A DNA stretch of 64,000 bases from a bacterium. Its GTDB lineage: Bacteria > UBA8248 > JACPRG01 > G963555815. A model generated the notes under the pieces. It ran no database searches. It was not told where the DNA came from and was given only the letters and a program-made list of their open reading frames with translations. This document shows positions 9,091 to 19,363 of the stretch, one piece after another (position 1 is the stretch's first letter; each line of letters opens with the position of its first letter). The DNA lies in NCBI GenBank assembly GCA_965261595.1, contig CBDHDG010000007.1:1319030-1383029 (forward strand), written 5' to 3'. Position numbers and translations under genes: made by a program.

Positions 9091-11409
9091 ATGAACCACA
9101 TCGCTTCCCCGCCCGAACCCGTCATCCGAACCATCCCGCTGAGCCGGCTGGACCTGGCCCCGGAGAACGTGCGCAAGACCCCGGCCGGCTCGGCTGGGAT
9201 CGCCGAGCTCAAGGCCTCCATCGCAGCCCACGGTCTGCTCGAGAACCTGGTCGCCCGGGCCCAAGGCCCCGGTCCGGACGGCATCGGCCGCTACGCGGTC
9301 ATCGCCGGCGGGCGCCGTCTCGTCGCCCTGCAGGCTCTCGTCAGCGATGGTGTGCTCGATGAGGACCACCCCGTGCCCTGTTTGATTGCCGTCAATGGCG
9401 ATTGCGGAGAGCTGTCTCTCGCAGAGAACGTGGTCCGCATCGCCATGCACCCGGCCGACCAGGTGATCGCGTTCTACAGGCTCGCCGAATCCGGCGTGAC
9501 GATATCCGCGATCGCCGCGCGCTTCGGCATCTCCGAGCGCCTGGTCGAACAGCGCCTGCGGCTCGGCCGTGCGGCCCCGGAACTGCTCGACGCCTACCGG
9601 GCCGAGGAGATCGACCTGGAGACCCTGAAGGTCTTCGCGGTCACGACCGACCACGGCCGCCAGAGGGCGGTCTGGGCCCAGGTGAAGGACCAGGGCTGCC
9701 GGCCAGGGGCCTGGCAGGTGAGGCGCATGCTGACCGAGGACCGCGTGCCGGGAACCGCCGCCATCGCGCGCTTCGTCGGTATCGATGCCTACGAGGCCGC
9801 GGGCGGGGCCATCACCCGGGACCTCTTCGCACAGGAGGACGACCGTGGGATCTGGTTCGACGACCCCGCGCTTCTGAACAAGCTCGCCATGCAGAAGCTC
9901 CAGGACACGGCGGACGAGCTGGACACCTGCTGGAAGTGGGCCGAGGCGGCGCCGGAGTTGGACTGGAGCGCGACCGCGCGGTTCGGGCGCATCCGGCCCG
10001 AGCCCGCGGAGCCGACCGACGAGGAGCGGGCCGAGCTCCAGCGGCTGAGCGCCCGCCATGACGAGCTCGCCGACATGGACGACGAAGACTGGACTGGGGA
10101 GCTCGTGGAAGAGGCGGAAGGCATCGAGAGGCGTCTCGACGAGATCCACGCGGCCGTGGAAGCGCGGGCCACCTTCCGGCCCCAGGACATGGCCATGGCC
10201 GGGTGCATCGCGACCATCGGCCAGGACGGCGCGCTCCAGGTCATCCAGGGCCTGGTCAGGCCCGAGGACATGCCCGAGAAGGCCGGCAAGGACGCAGACG
10301 GACTGGAAGCCGACACCGGGGACAGCGGCGCAGCCGAGCTTGGCCGCGTCGATGGCCCCGAGATCTCGGCCCCCATCGCTTCGCCTCCCGACCCGCGCGC
10401 CAAGGCCCGGGAGGAGGCCGGAGTGGGCATCGGCCTCGCCGACGACCTGCGGGCGGTCCGCACGGCCCTGGTCAAGGCGCATCTGGCCAAGGACTACGAG
10501 GCGGCGTTCGATCTCATGCTGTTCCAACTCGCCCGGGCCGTGTTCACGAACGTCCACAGGGCCGACGCCCTCGACGTCGCCGTCAAGGAGACCGCCGACC
10601 GGCCCACATCGCGCATGAACGACGAGGCGTTCGCCAACTGGAGCCCGGGCGAGGCCATGCTGGCGGACCGCTCCGGCCTCTCCCTCGACTGGATGGAGAA
10701 GGAGGACGAGGGCGAGTCCTTCGCGGCCTTGCAGGCCCTTCCCGAGGGGGAGAAGCAAGCCCTGTTCTCAGCAGCCGTGGCGCGCACGGTCAAGGGCCAG
10801 CTCGCCTTCGAGCCCGACGCCCGGCCCGAGCTGGAAGCCACCATCGCCCGGCTCGACATCGACTTCGCGAAGCACGTGCGCCCGACAGAGGACATGCTCT
10901 GGTCGCGCATCAGGAAGGACCGGATCCTCGCCGTGGCGCGCGAGACCCTGGGCCCTGCCTGGGCCTCGGCGCGCTCGAAGTACAAGAAGGCCGACCTCGC
11001 CAAGGCGATGGAAGGGGCTTTCGCGGCCGGAGACCCGCCCGTCGGACTCACCGCCTCTGCCAGAGCCGCCGCTCTCGCCTGGACTCCGCCCGGCTTCGCG
11101 CCCTTCGACACGGGCCGCGTGGAGGAGCCGGACAGGGACGTCCCGCCGGCTGGCGAACCCGAACCGGATCCCGCTCCGGTTCCGGACACCATGGAAGTCG
11201 TTGATGACGGCGTCCCCGATACGGTCGGCGGCGATGCGTCGGAAGCCTCGGGTCCCGGTGTGCCGGCAGACAAGGACCCCGGCCCGGAGACCGCCAATGG
11301 CGGCCCCAGCATCGACGTGTCCCAGGAGAACGTCCTCACCCCGCCACGGACCAACGGCCGTGACAGCGGCGACGGGCTGGACATCCCCGAGTTCCTGCGC
11401 CGGGCCTGA
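9091..11409 (+). CDS. parB: ParB/RepB/Spo0J-family protein with acidic linker and FtsZ-like C-terminal peptide
   Basis: NVRKT, GLLENL, AGGRRL, SLAENVVR, HTH (IAARFGISERLVEQRLRL); ends GLDIPEFLRRA; GGAG RBS. Confidence 0.85.
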   Translation: MNHIASPPEPVIRTIPLSRLDLAPENVRKTPAGSAGIAELKASIAAHGLLENLVARAQGPGPDGIGRYAVIAGGRRLVALQALVSDGVLDEDHPVPCLIAVNGDCGELSLAENVVRIAMHPADQVIAFYRLAESGVTISAIAARFGISERLVEQRLRLGRAAPELLDAYRAEEIDLETLKVFAVTTDHGRQRAVWAQVKDQGCRPGAWQVRRMLTEDRVPGTAAIARFVGIDAYEAAGGAITRDLFAQEDDRGIWFDDPALLNKLAMQKLQDTADELDTCWKWAEAAPELDWSATARFGRIRPEPAEPTDEERAELQRLSARHDELADMDDEDWTGELVEEAEGIERRLDEIHAAVEARATFRPQDMAMAGCIATIGQDGALQVIQGLVRPEDMPEKAGKDADGLEADTGDSGAAELGRVDGPEISAPIASPPDPRAKAREEAGVGIGLADDLRAVRTALVKAHLAKDYEAAFDLMLFQLARAVFTNVHRADALDVAVKETADRPTSRMNDEAFANWSPGEAMLADRSGLSLDWMEKEDEGESFAALQALPEGEKQALFSAAVARTVKGQLAFEPDARPELEATIARLDIDFAKHVRPTEDMLWSRIRKDRILAVARETLGPAWASARSKYKKADLAKAMEGAFAAGDPPVGLTASARAAALAWTPPGFAPFDTGRVEEPDRDVPPAGEPEPDPAPVPDTMEVVDDGVPDTVGGDASEASGPGVPADKDPGPETANGGPSIDVSQENVLTPPRTNGRDSGDGLDIPEFLRRA

Positions 11410-11435
11410 ACCGTCCCCGCATTCCCATCCCTCAT

Positions 11436-11476
11436 GCGCCCCGCCGGTCCCGCGCCGGCGGGGCGCTTTTCGTTTC
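11436..11476 (+). terminator. Rho-independent terminator-like hairpin
   Basis: GCGCCCCGCCGG-7nt-CCGGCGGGGCGC followed by TTTTCGTTTC. Confidence 0.7.
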
Positions 11477-11501
11477 GGCCGCTTCCACGGAGACCGTCCC
11501 C

Positions 11502-13244
11502 ATGAACGACATTCCCGTCACGGCGCCCCGGCCCTGGCCCGGCCGCATCCGGGCGCGGATCCATGACAGCGCCCTCCAGCGCGTCACCCGGCTCTGGGCC
11601 GCCACAACCATCGACACCCTCGTGGAGAGTTTCCAGAATGGCAGAAGGGCCGGCGCGACGCGCGTGTCGGTGATCGTTACCGATCCCGCCGGTGAGCCAT
11701 CCGACAACAGCGCCCTGACCGTCACCGATGACGGCATCGGCATCGCCGATCCCGCCGTGCTCCTGAGTCTTGGCGAGACCGGATGGGACGGGGAGCTTGC
11801 CGGCCGAGAGGACGCGGCCGGGATGGGATTCGCCAGCCATGCCCGCCAAGGCTGCCGCATCGTCTCGCGTCCCCGCTCCCGTGGCGGCGAGCCCGGCCCC
11901 GGCTGGCGCGTCGATCTCAGCCCCGCGCATTTCCTGGGGGAGGAGGAGGCGACCGTCGTCCCGGAGGACGGCGCGCCCTGGCCCCATGGCACGGCCGTCA
12001 GCTTTACGGCCTCGGGCGACCGCGATTCGATCCGCCGGGCGGTCGAAGCCGCGGCCCGCCATTATCCGCTCCCGGTCACGCTGGACGGGGAGACCGTGCC
12101 CCGCCGGGCCTTTCTCGACGGGGCCGTTGACGCCGAGCCTTGGCGGGGACTCGTCTTCGGCGTGTTCGTGGGCCGCAGCCGCGGCTACAACGAGCCCGAC
12201 CTCAACTTCCACGGCCTCACCCTGCCGGTGCGCCTGCCCACGGTCGATCCCGTGACCGGCCAGACCTGGTCGGTCCGCGCCGAGGTCGTGAGCTGTCCCG
12301 AACTCGAGCTGGTGCTGCCGGCTCGGAAGGAGGCGGTCGAGACCCCTTTCCTGAACGAGACGCGAGAGGCCGCGCGGCTCGCCGTCTACCGGGCCATGGC
12401 GTCGACCGAGGCGCCGCCGCGCATCGCCTTCGAGGACTGGACCCGGGCGCGGGAAGCCGGGATCGAGCTTCCGATACCGTCCCCCCAACTGCGTCCCTGG
12501 CGTCCCTGCATCGCCGATATCGACGATTGGCGCGAGGCGCCCGCTCTCGCATCCGTATCCAACGATGCGCTCGTGATGCACGTGGATCCGGAACCGCCCG
12601 AAGCCCAGGCTCTCTGGCGCGCCGCCGAACATGGCGGGATAGCCCCACGGCTCTTCGAGGCCGACCGCCGGCTCGACGGCTACGGCTGGTACGACGCGCT
12701 TCCCCGCGTCACCGATGTCCGCACCGAGATCGTGATCAACAACGAGGCCCGTCCGCCGGAGGACTACCGGACTCCGTCAGAAGGGTCCAGCCCCGTCGAG
12801 CCGCCTCCACGGCCGGATGGGATCCGCATGCGTCTCGATGTCGAGGGCCGAGGGGGAAAGACCGGGACTCTCGATCTCGATACCGATCTCGCCTTCGCCG
12901 GCGAGGCCTGGGCCTGGCTTCCCGATGCGAAGCCGCTGGTCATGGCCGAGAGCGCCCTTGAGCCCGCCGAACTCGCCGAGCTGCTGCGCGCCGCCTGGTT
13001 CTCTCCGTCGGATGAAGCCGATTCGGACAGTTGGGAGACCCAGCGCCTGCGCTTCGACGAAGAGGCCATGCACATAGCCGTGAAGCTCCTTTGCTCGGCG
13101 GACGAGGCCCGCCGGACATCCATCGCCGAAGCGGTCAGGCGCGAGCTGTTCTGGCTCATCCCCCGGGACCGCGAGGTCACCATTGCCGTGCGCGGGAGGG
13201 AGGTCAGCGTCGATCTCGGCGCCGCCAAGGAGACTGCGCGATGA
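11502..13244 (+). CDS. GHKL (HATPase_c) ATP-binding protein
   Basis: ESFQNGRRAGA, VTDDGIGI, AAGMGFAS, HGTAVSF motifs. Confidence 0.8.
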   Translation: MNDIPVTAPRPWPGRIRARIHDSALQRVTRLWAATTIDTLVESFQNGRRAGATRVSVIVTDPAGEPSDNSALTVTDDGIGIADPAVLLSLGETGWDGELAGREDAAGMGFASHARQGCRIVSRPRSRGGEPGPGWRVDLSPAHFLGEEEATVVPEDGAPWPHGTAVSFTASGDRDSIRRAVEAAARHYPLPVTLDGETVPRRAFLDGAVDAEPWRGLVFGVFVGRSRGYNEPDLNFHGLTLPVRLPTVDPVTGQTWSVRAEVVSCPELELVLPARKEAVETPFLNETREAARLAVYRAMASTEAPPRIAFEDWTRAREAGIELPIPSPQLRPWRPCIADIDDWREAPALASVSNDALVMHVDPEPPEAQALWRAAEHGGIAPRLFEADRRLDGYGWYDALPRVTDVRTEIVINNEARPPEDYRTPSEGSSPVEPPPRPDGIRMRLDVEGRGGKTGTLDLDTDLAFAGEAWAWLPDAKPLVMAESALEPAELAELLRAAWFSPSDEADSDSWETQRLRFDEEAMHIAVKLLCSADEARRTSIAEAVRRELFWLIPRDREVTIAVRGREVSVDLGAAKETAR

Positions 13245-13732
13245 AGAAGCCATACACGGTCCAGTGCGCCCATGCGGCGTATTACGGCAACATCGTCACC
13301 GTCGAGGCCGATACCCTTGACGAAGCCCTGGACAAGGCGATCCAGGAAACCGACGGCGATGCGGCCGGCTGACGTTCCATGGACGACGCCGGCCCGACCT
13401 TCGTCGTCGAAGTCCGCGAGGGAACCCACCTCGATCCCTTGGATCGTAAGACCCCGGCGCTTCCCATTCCCGACCGGTTCACCGAGCAGGGCGAGCCGCC
13501 GGTGGTCACCCTTATTGATCCCGGTCAGCCAGGCGGCGGCGCCATCGAGGTTTCCCGGGGCCGGATTCTGCTTTGCTTCACGACCCGGAACGGAACGGTC
13601 ACGGGCGAGGTTTCCGATCCGCCCCATCCCCCGGCCAACCACCCCCTCGTCGTCATTCGGCGCCGCGCCGACGGCGCGCCCGACGTCACCGTGACCGAGG
13701 GCCGGGCCCGGGTCCGCATCCTCTACCCCTGA
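13241..13732 (+). pseudogene. Hypothetical protein with an in-frame TGA at 13370-13372
   Basis: MKKPYTVQC.. and MDDAGPTF.. are in the same frame, separated by one TGA; ATGA overlap with the upstream gene. Confidence 0.55.
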
Positions 13733-13825
13733 CCCCGGCTTCCCGCCGCCGGCCGGACGGGCGGAGGCGCTGGAGCGTCTCTGGCCTCTCCACGTCCGTC
13801 CTTCACGTACTGGAGAACCCGACCC

Positions 13826-14227
13826 ATGAAACTCATGACCGAAAAGCAGCGCGAAAAACTGCTCGCCAACGGCGCCGACCGCGGGGCCGACCGCGGGGCC
13901 GACCATGTCCCGGTGGTCAAGCTCTTCAACCCCTGCGGAGCGGGAACGTGGATCGTCACGGAGCTGGATCCCGAAGAACCCTCCGTGGCTTTCGGACTCG
14001 CGGATCTCGGCTTCGGCTTTCCCGAGCTGGGCAGTTTCAGCCTGGAGGAACTGTCCGCCTTCCGGGGCCCCTTCGGCCTCGGGATCGAGCGGGATCTGCA
14101 TTTCGAGGGCAAATACAGCCTCGCCACCTACGCCGACGCCGCCCGGGCCGCCGGCCATATCGTCGAGTACGGTCCCGAGCTCGACGCCGCCGCGCACCGC
14201 CGCACCCACGCGGCAGCCGGTGCCTGA
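13826..14227 (+). CDS. DUF2958-domain protein
   Basis: PVVKLFNPCGAGTW..TE, FGLADLGFGFPELG, GLGIERDLHF; 12-bp tandem repeat encoding ADRG x2. Confidence 0.85.
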   Translation: MKLMTEKQREKLLANGADRGADRGADHVPVVKLFNPCGAGTWIVTELDPEEPSVAFGLADLGFGFPELGSFSLEELSAFRGPFGLGIERDLHFEGKYSLATYADAARAAGHIVEYGPELDAAAHRRTHAAAGA

Positions 14228-14386
14228 CCCTGGCCTCCCGTCGCCAGCCCACACCGGGATTCAGCGGCGACGCGCCTTGCGTCTCTATAAGACGAGCCTG
14301 GCCCGGCCGGGTCGATCCGTGAGGCCCGGGGGCGTTTCCCCCCCGCCAGCCCCCGACTTCCAAGACTTCCGAGGAGAAGACCCCCC

Positions 14387-17300
14387 ATGCCCCACGCCCT
14401 GACGGCGGTGGAGGGCGGGCCTGTGAACGCTCGTTCGCACGCCCCCCGGTCCATTCCGTCCATGCCCACGGCCGCCCTGTTCGCCGCGGCCCAGACCCTG
14501 TTGCCTGTACTGACAGCCGGCCGGCCTCTCGACGCGGCCACCCTCCGCCAAGCCATGACCCAGGCCTTCGGGGCCACCGACGCCGAGGGGGCCTGGGTCT
14601 GGAAGGACGCCTACGAGGCCGCCGAAGCGGCCGTCGTGCTCTTCCTGAAGCGCTACGGCCGGGCCATGTGCCGCCGGGCCGGAGCCGGCGGCCCGCCCGC
14701 CATGCTGGCCCTGCTGCAAAAGATCGCGGCCCTGGAGCCCTCCCACACGAAGCGATCCGAGTCCCAGGTCCGGCTCCAGCAGTTCTCCACGCCCCTGGGC
14801 CTCGCCTATGCGGCCTTGCAGGCGGCCGCCATCCGGCCCGGCGACATCGTGCTCGAACCCAGCGCCGGGACCGGGATCCTCGCCGTCATGGCCGAGTGCG
14901 CCCTCGGGGCCGGCGGCGAAGGCGCGCTCCATCTGAACGAGATCGCCGGGGCCCGGGCCGGCCTCCTGTCCCGGCTCTTCCCCAAAGCCTCGGTGACCGG
15001 GTTCAACGCCGAGGCCATCGCCGACCGTCTCCCGGACGTCCGGCCGACCGTGGTGCTCATGAACCCGCCGTTCTCCGCGAGTCCGGGGGTGCATCGCATC
15101 CGCCATGACGCTGACCTGCGCCACCTGCGCTCGGCCTTCGCCATGCTGGGGCCTGGGGGCCGGCTCGTGGCCGTCACCTCGGCGGGCTGCATGCCCGGGG
15201 ACAGCGCCTGGAAGGACGCCTTCGAGCGCCTCGATCCCCCGGCCCGCGTCGTCTTCTCCATGGCCATTGACGGCCGGGCCTATGCCAGACGCGGGACCAC
15301 CTTCGACACCCGCCTGACCGTGCTCGACCGGAGCGGGGACCGCGAGCATGCCGCGATCGATCCCGCGGCCCGGGCGGACAGCTCCGCCGAGCTCCTCGAA
15401 GCCGTCATGGCGGGCGTGCCGGCGCGCCTCGCCACTGGCGCTGTCGAGACCCCGGACACAGCCGCTCCGATCCGGGACCTCTTCGGCGACACGGCCCCGG
15501 TCAAGTCAAAAGAGCGCACGATCACGGCCAGGCCCGCCCACCGGCCAGCCGAAGACAAGGACCGCCGTCACGACTGGGGGCCTGTGTCCGAGCTCGCGTA
15601 TGCGACGGCCCCGGTCTCCGGCGATGCCCCCGCCGGCTCCGAGACCGCTACCGGCCCCTATGCGCCCTGGAAGCCGGGCATTGTCCATGTCCCGGGCGCC
15701 GTCGTCCATCCCACGCCCCTGGTCCAGTCCGCGGCCATGGCCGCCGTACCGCATCCCGGCCCGTCCTACCGTCCGGTGCTGCCCGCGCGCGTGGTGACCG
15801 ACGAGCTCCTGTCCGACGCCCAGATCGAGAGCGTCGTCCTGGCCGGCGAGGCCCACAACCGCCATCTTTCGGCCCGCTACCGGATCGGCTCGGGCTGGGA
15901 GACGGTCCACCGCTGCAATGATGACGGTGGTGACGGTGACGCCACTAACGACGACGGAGAAGTACTCTCCGAACCCGTGCGCTTCCGCCGCGGCTGGATG
16001 CTGGGCGACGGCACGGGATGCGGCAAGGGCCGGCAGGTCGCCGGGTTCCTCCTCGACAACCGGCTCCGCGGAAGGAAACGGGCCCTGTGGCTGTCGCAGT
16101 CCGACAAGCTCGTGGAGGACGCCCGCCGGGACTGGGCCGCCCTCGGGGGGAACGAGGACGATGTGATCCCCTTGGGCAAGTTCCGCCAGGGAGCGGAGAT
16201 CCCGCTCCCGGAGGGCATCCTGTTCGCGACCTACGCCACGCTGCGCTCGCCGGCCCGCCAGGGTAAGGCCTCGAGGCTCGAGCAGATCGTCTCCTGGCTC
16301 GCGGGGGGAACGGAAGAAGACCAGCGTCACGCCTTCGACGGCGTGATCGTGTTCGACGAGGCCCACGCCATGGCCAACGCGGCCGGCTCCAAGGGAGCGC
16401 GCGGGGAGGTCAAGCCCTCGGCCCAGGGACGGGCCGGACTCAGGCTTCAGAACGCACTGCCCGACGCCCGTGTTCTCTACGTCTCGGCCACCGGGGCCAG
16501 CACCGTGCCCGGCCTCTCCTACGCCGGACGCCTCGGCCTCTGGGGAGCGGAGGAGACGCCCTTCGAGACCCGGGGGGATTTCGTGTCGGCCATGGAGGCG
16601 GGAGGCGTCGCCGCCATGGAGGTGGTCGCCCGGGACTTGAAAGCCCTCGGGCTCTACCAAGCCAGGGCCCTGGCCTATAACGGCGTGGAGATCGACATCC
16701 TGCAGCACCCGCTGGCGCCTGAGCAGCGGCGTATCTACGACGCCTATGCAGGCGCCTTCAAGGTGATCCACGCCAACCTCCAGGACGCGCTCGAGGCCAC
16801 CGGCGTCATGCAGGGAGACTCGACCCTGAACAGGAACGCCAAGTCCGCGGCCCTGAGCGCCTTCGAGGGGGCGAAACAACGCTTTTTCGGCCACCTGCTG
16901 ACCGGCATGAAGTGCCCGTCCCTGATACGCGCCGTCGAGGCCGATCTCGATGCCGGCCGGTCGGCCGTGATCCAGCTCGTGTCCACGGGCGAGGCCCTGA
17001 TGGAGCGCCGCATCGCCGAGATCCCCGCGTCCGAATGGGACGACCTCTCCATCGATCTCACGCCCAGGGAATACGTTCTGGACTTCCTGGCCCACGCCTT
17101 CCCGGTGCAGCTCCAGGAGCCCTTCACCGACGAGGAGGGCAACCTCATGAGCCGGCCCGTGTTCGATGAAAACGGCAACCCCGTGCTCTGCCAGGAGGCC
17201 CTGGCCAAACGCGAGGCCCTGATCGGGAAGCTGGCCTCGCTTCCGCCCGTGCAGTCGGCCCTGGACCGGATCATCCACCACTTCGGCCACGAGGCCGTGG

Positions 17301-18871
17301 CCGAGGTCACGGGCCGGTCCCGCCGGGTGCTCAGGATCGCGGACGGCCGGGGCGAGCGCCTGGCGCTGCGCAGCCGGCCCGCCTCCGCAAGCCTGACCGA
17401 GACCGCCGCCTTCATGGACGGGGAGAAGAAGATACTCGTCTTCTCCATGGCCGGCGGCACGGGACGCAGCTACCATGCCGATCTTGCATGCGGCAACACC
17501 GCGCGCCGGGTCCACTACCTGCTTGAGCCCGGCTGGCGGGCCGATCAGGCCATACAGGGGCTGGGCAGGACCCACAGGACCCACCAGGCGTCGGCCCCCG
17601 TGTTCCGGCCCGTGACCACGGACGTGAAGGGCGAGAGGCGGTTCATCGCCACCATCGCGAGAAGGCTCGACTCCCTCGGGGCCATCACCCGGGGCCAGCG
17701 GGACTCCCAGACCGCCATGGCCGGCGATGACGCGGCGCTGTTCCGCGAGAGCGACAACCTGGAGAGCCCCTACGCCAAGGCGGCGTTGAGAAGGTTCTAC
17801 ATCGCCCTGTGGCGCGGCCGCATCCCGGACTGGTCCCTCAGCCGCTTCGAGGAGGCCACCGGCCTCGCCCTCACCTGGGAGGGAGCGCTCAAGGACGACC
17901 TGCCGCCCATGTCCAGGTTCCTGAACCGCCTGCTGGCGCTGCCCATCGACGAGCAGAACGCGCTCTTCGCCGAGCTGGAGTCCCTCATCGCGGAGAACGT
18001 CGAGCAGGCGATCGAGGCCGGCGCCCATGACATCGGCGTGGAGACCCTGCGGGCCGAATCGCTCGCGGTGGCCGGCCGCGAGACCCTCTACACCCACCCC
18101 GGGACCGGAGCCGCGACCGATCTCGTCGAGATCCTCCTCCGCGACCGGCTGGAGCCGACCCCGGCGGACGCGGCGCTCGAGATCGGCGCCCTGGGCGGGG
18201 ACAGCCGGCCTGAACTCGTCGTCAACAGCCGCTCGGGACGGGGGGCCGTTGTCCTGCCCGCGCCGTCCAGGATGCTCGACGACGGCGGGGTGCAGGAGCG
18301 GGTGCGCCTCCTGCGGCCCACGGCCCGGGAAGCCATGGCCAGGGCCGAGCTCGAGGCCTCGAACTGGCGCAGGGCCTCGGAGGGGGAGTGGCGTTCCCGC
18401 TGGGAGGAGGAGATCGCCGGCCTGCCGACGCATACCGAGTCCCGCTTCTGGCTCGTCACCGGGCTGCTCCTGCCGATCTGGGACCGGCTCGGAATGGAGA
18501 ACATGCGCGTGCGCCGGCTGTTGACCGACGCCGGCGAGGCGATGATCGGCCGCGTGCTCGACGCCGAACAGGTACGGGCCGCGCGCACCTCTTTCGGCCT
18601 TGCCGGCGGTCCCGGCATGACCCCCCTCGAGACCTTCGAGGCGGTCATGGGGCGAGGCGCGTCCTTCGGCCTCGCGAACGGCTGGCGCCTCGCGCGCCGG
18701 CGCATCATGGGGGCCGACCGCGTCGAGATAGAGGGTCCCGTTGACGGCGACATCGCCGCGCTCAAGCGCATGGGGTGCATCGTCGAGATCGTCTCCTGGC
18801 GCTCACGCCTCTTCGTCCCCGACGCCGGCGTGCTCGAACGCGTCATCGAGCGCTGGCCCATCGCGGCCTGA
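14387..18871 (+). CDS. N6-adenine methyltransferase + strawberry-notch (SF2) helicase fusion, DarB-like
   Basis: VLEPSAGTG and MNPPF MTase motifs; GDGTGCGKGRQ, DEAH, SAT, QGLGRTHR helicase motifs. Confidence 0.9.
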   Translation: MPHALTAVEGGPVNARSHAPRSIPSMPTAALFAAAQTLLPVLTAGRPLDAATLRQAMTQAFGATDAEGAWVWKDAYEAAEAAVVLFLKRYGRAMCRRAGAGGPPAMLALLQKIAALEPSHTKRSESQVRLQQFSTPLGLAYAALQAAAIRPGDIVLEPSAGTGILAVMAECALGAGGEGALHLNEIAGARAGLLSRLFPKASVTGFNAEAIADRLPDVRPTVVLMNPPFSASPGVHRIRHDADLRHLRSAFAMLGPGGRLVAVTSAGCMPGDSAWKDAFERLDPPARVVFSMAIDGRAYARRGTTFDTRLTVLDRSGDREHAAIDPAARADSSAELLEAVMAGVPARLATGAVETPDTAAPIRDLFGDTAPVKSKERTITARPAHRPAEDKDRRHDWGPVSELAYATAPVSGDAPAGSETATGPYAPWKPGIVHVPGAVVHPTPLVQSAAMAAVPHPGPSYRPVLPARVVTDELLSDAQIESVVLAGEAHNRHLSARYRIGSGWETVHRCNDDGGDGDATNDDGEVLSEPVRFRRGWMLGDGTGCGKGRQVAGFLLDNRLRGRKRALWLSQSDKLVEDARRDWAALGGNEDDVIPLGKFRQGAEIPLPEGILFATYATLRSPARQGKASRLEQIVSWLAGGTEEDQRHAFDGVIVFDEAHAMANAAGSKGARGEVKPSAQGRAGLRLQNALPDARVLYVSATGASTVPGLSYAGRLGLWGAEETPFETRGDFVSAMEAGGVAAMEVVARDLKALGLYQARALAYNGVEIDILQHPLAPEQRRIYDAYAGAFKVIHANLQDALEATGVMQGDSTLNRNAKSAALSAFEGAKQRFFGHLLTGMKCPSLIRAVEADLDAGRSAVIQLVSTGEALMERRIAEIPASEWDDLSIDLTPREYVLDFLAHAFPVQLQEPFTDEEGNLMSRPVFDENGNPVLCQEALAKREALIGKLASLPPVQSALDRIIHHFGHEAVAEVTGRSRRVLRIADGRGERLALRSRPASASLTETAAFMDGEKKILVFSMAGGTGRSYHADLACGNTARRVHYLLEPGWRADQAIQGLGRTHRTHQASAPVFRPVTTDVKGERRFIATIARRLDSLGAITRGQRDSQTAMAGDDAALFRESDNLESPYAKAALRRFYIALWRGRIPDWSLSRFEEATGLALTWEGALKDDLPPMSRFLNRLLALPIDEQNALFAELESLIAENVEQAIEAGAHDIGVETLRAESLAVAGRETLYTHPGTGAATDLVEILLRDRLEPTPADAALEIGALGGDSRPELVVNSRSGRGAVVLPAPSRMLDDGGVQERVRLLRPTAREAMARAELEASNWRRASEGEWRSRWEEEIAGLPTHTESRFWLVTGLLLPIWDRLGMENMRVRRLLTDAGEAMIGRVLDAEQVRAARTSFGLAGGPGMTPLETFEAVMGRGASFGLANGWRLARRRIMGADRVEIEGPVDGDIAALKRMGCIVEIVSWRSRLFVPDAGVLERVIERWPIAA

Positions 18872-19051
18872 GCCTGTCCGTACAGCCGGCCCGCCGTCCG
18901 CCCGCGGGGGGGGCCGTTCCACCGCCTTCATCCGTATCGCCGTCCGCCCGGATACGTATCGGCCCGGAGCCGTCTGGAACCCGTATGGCCGGGGGGGGGG
19001 CATCACCCACGCCCCCCGGCACACCGCCGACACCTCACGGGAGACCCGAAC

Positions 19052-19321
19052 ATGACCGCGCACACCCTGCCGGACAACCCCGACTACGCCTTCTGTCCCG
19101 CCTACGGCCTCGCCGACGAGCCGCAGCAGATCCGAATCGTCATCGACGGCATGGCGGGCTACGTTCCCACCGCCCTGGTCGCGCTCACCCTCGAGGACGC
19201 GGAGCGCATCTGCGACCGATTGAACGCTCGCCTCGGACTCTCGCGAAAGGACTGGACCGAACTCGCCGCACGGTCCATGCGCGCCGAGAACGGTGCACCG
19301 GACAACGAGACCGTGCACTGA
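19052..19321 (+). CDS. Hypothetical protein (89 aa)
   Basis: GGGAG RBS, coding-like composition. Confidence 0.6.
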   Translation: MTAHTLPDNPDYAFCPAYGLADEPQQIRIVIDGMAGYVPTALVALTLEDAERICDRLNARLGLSRKDWTELAARSMRAENGAPDNETVH

Positions 19322-19363
19322 GTCGCCCGCCATGCTGCGCAGCCGGCCCGACGTCCTCCGGCC

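Noticed and set aside
13370..13372. TGA as selenocysteine or recoded Trp
   Set aside because: No supporting context seen, and TGA is used as a normal stop throughout the window
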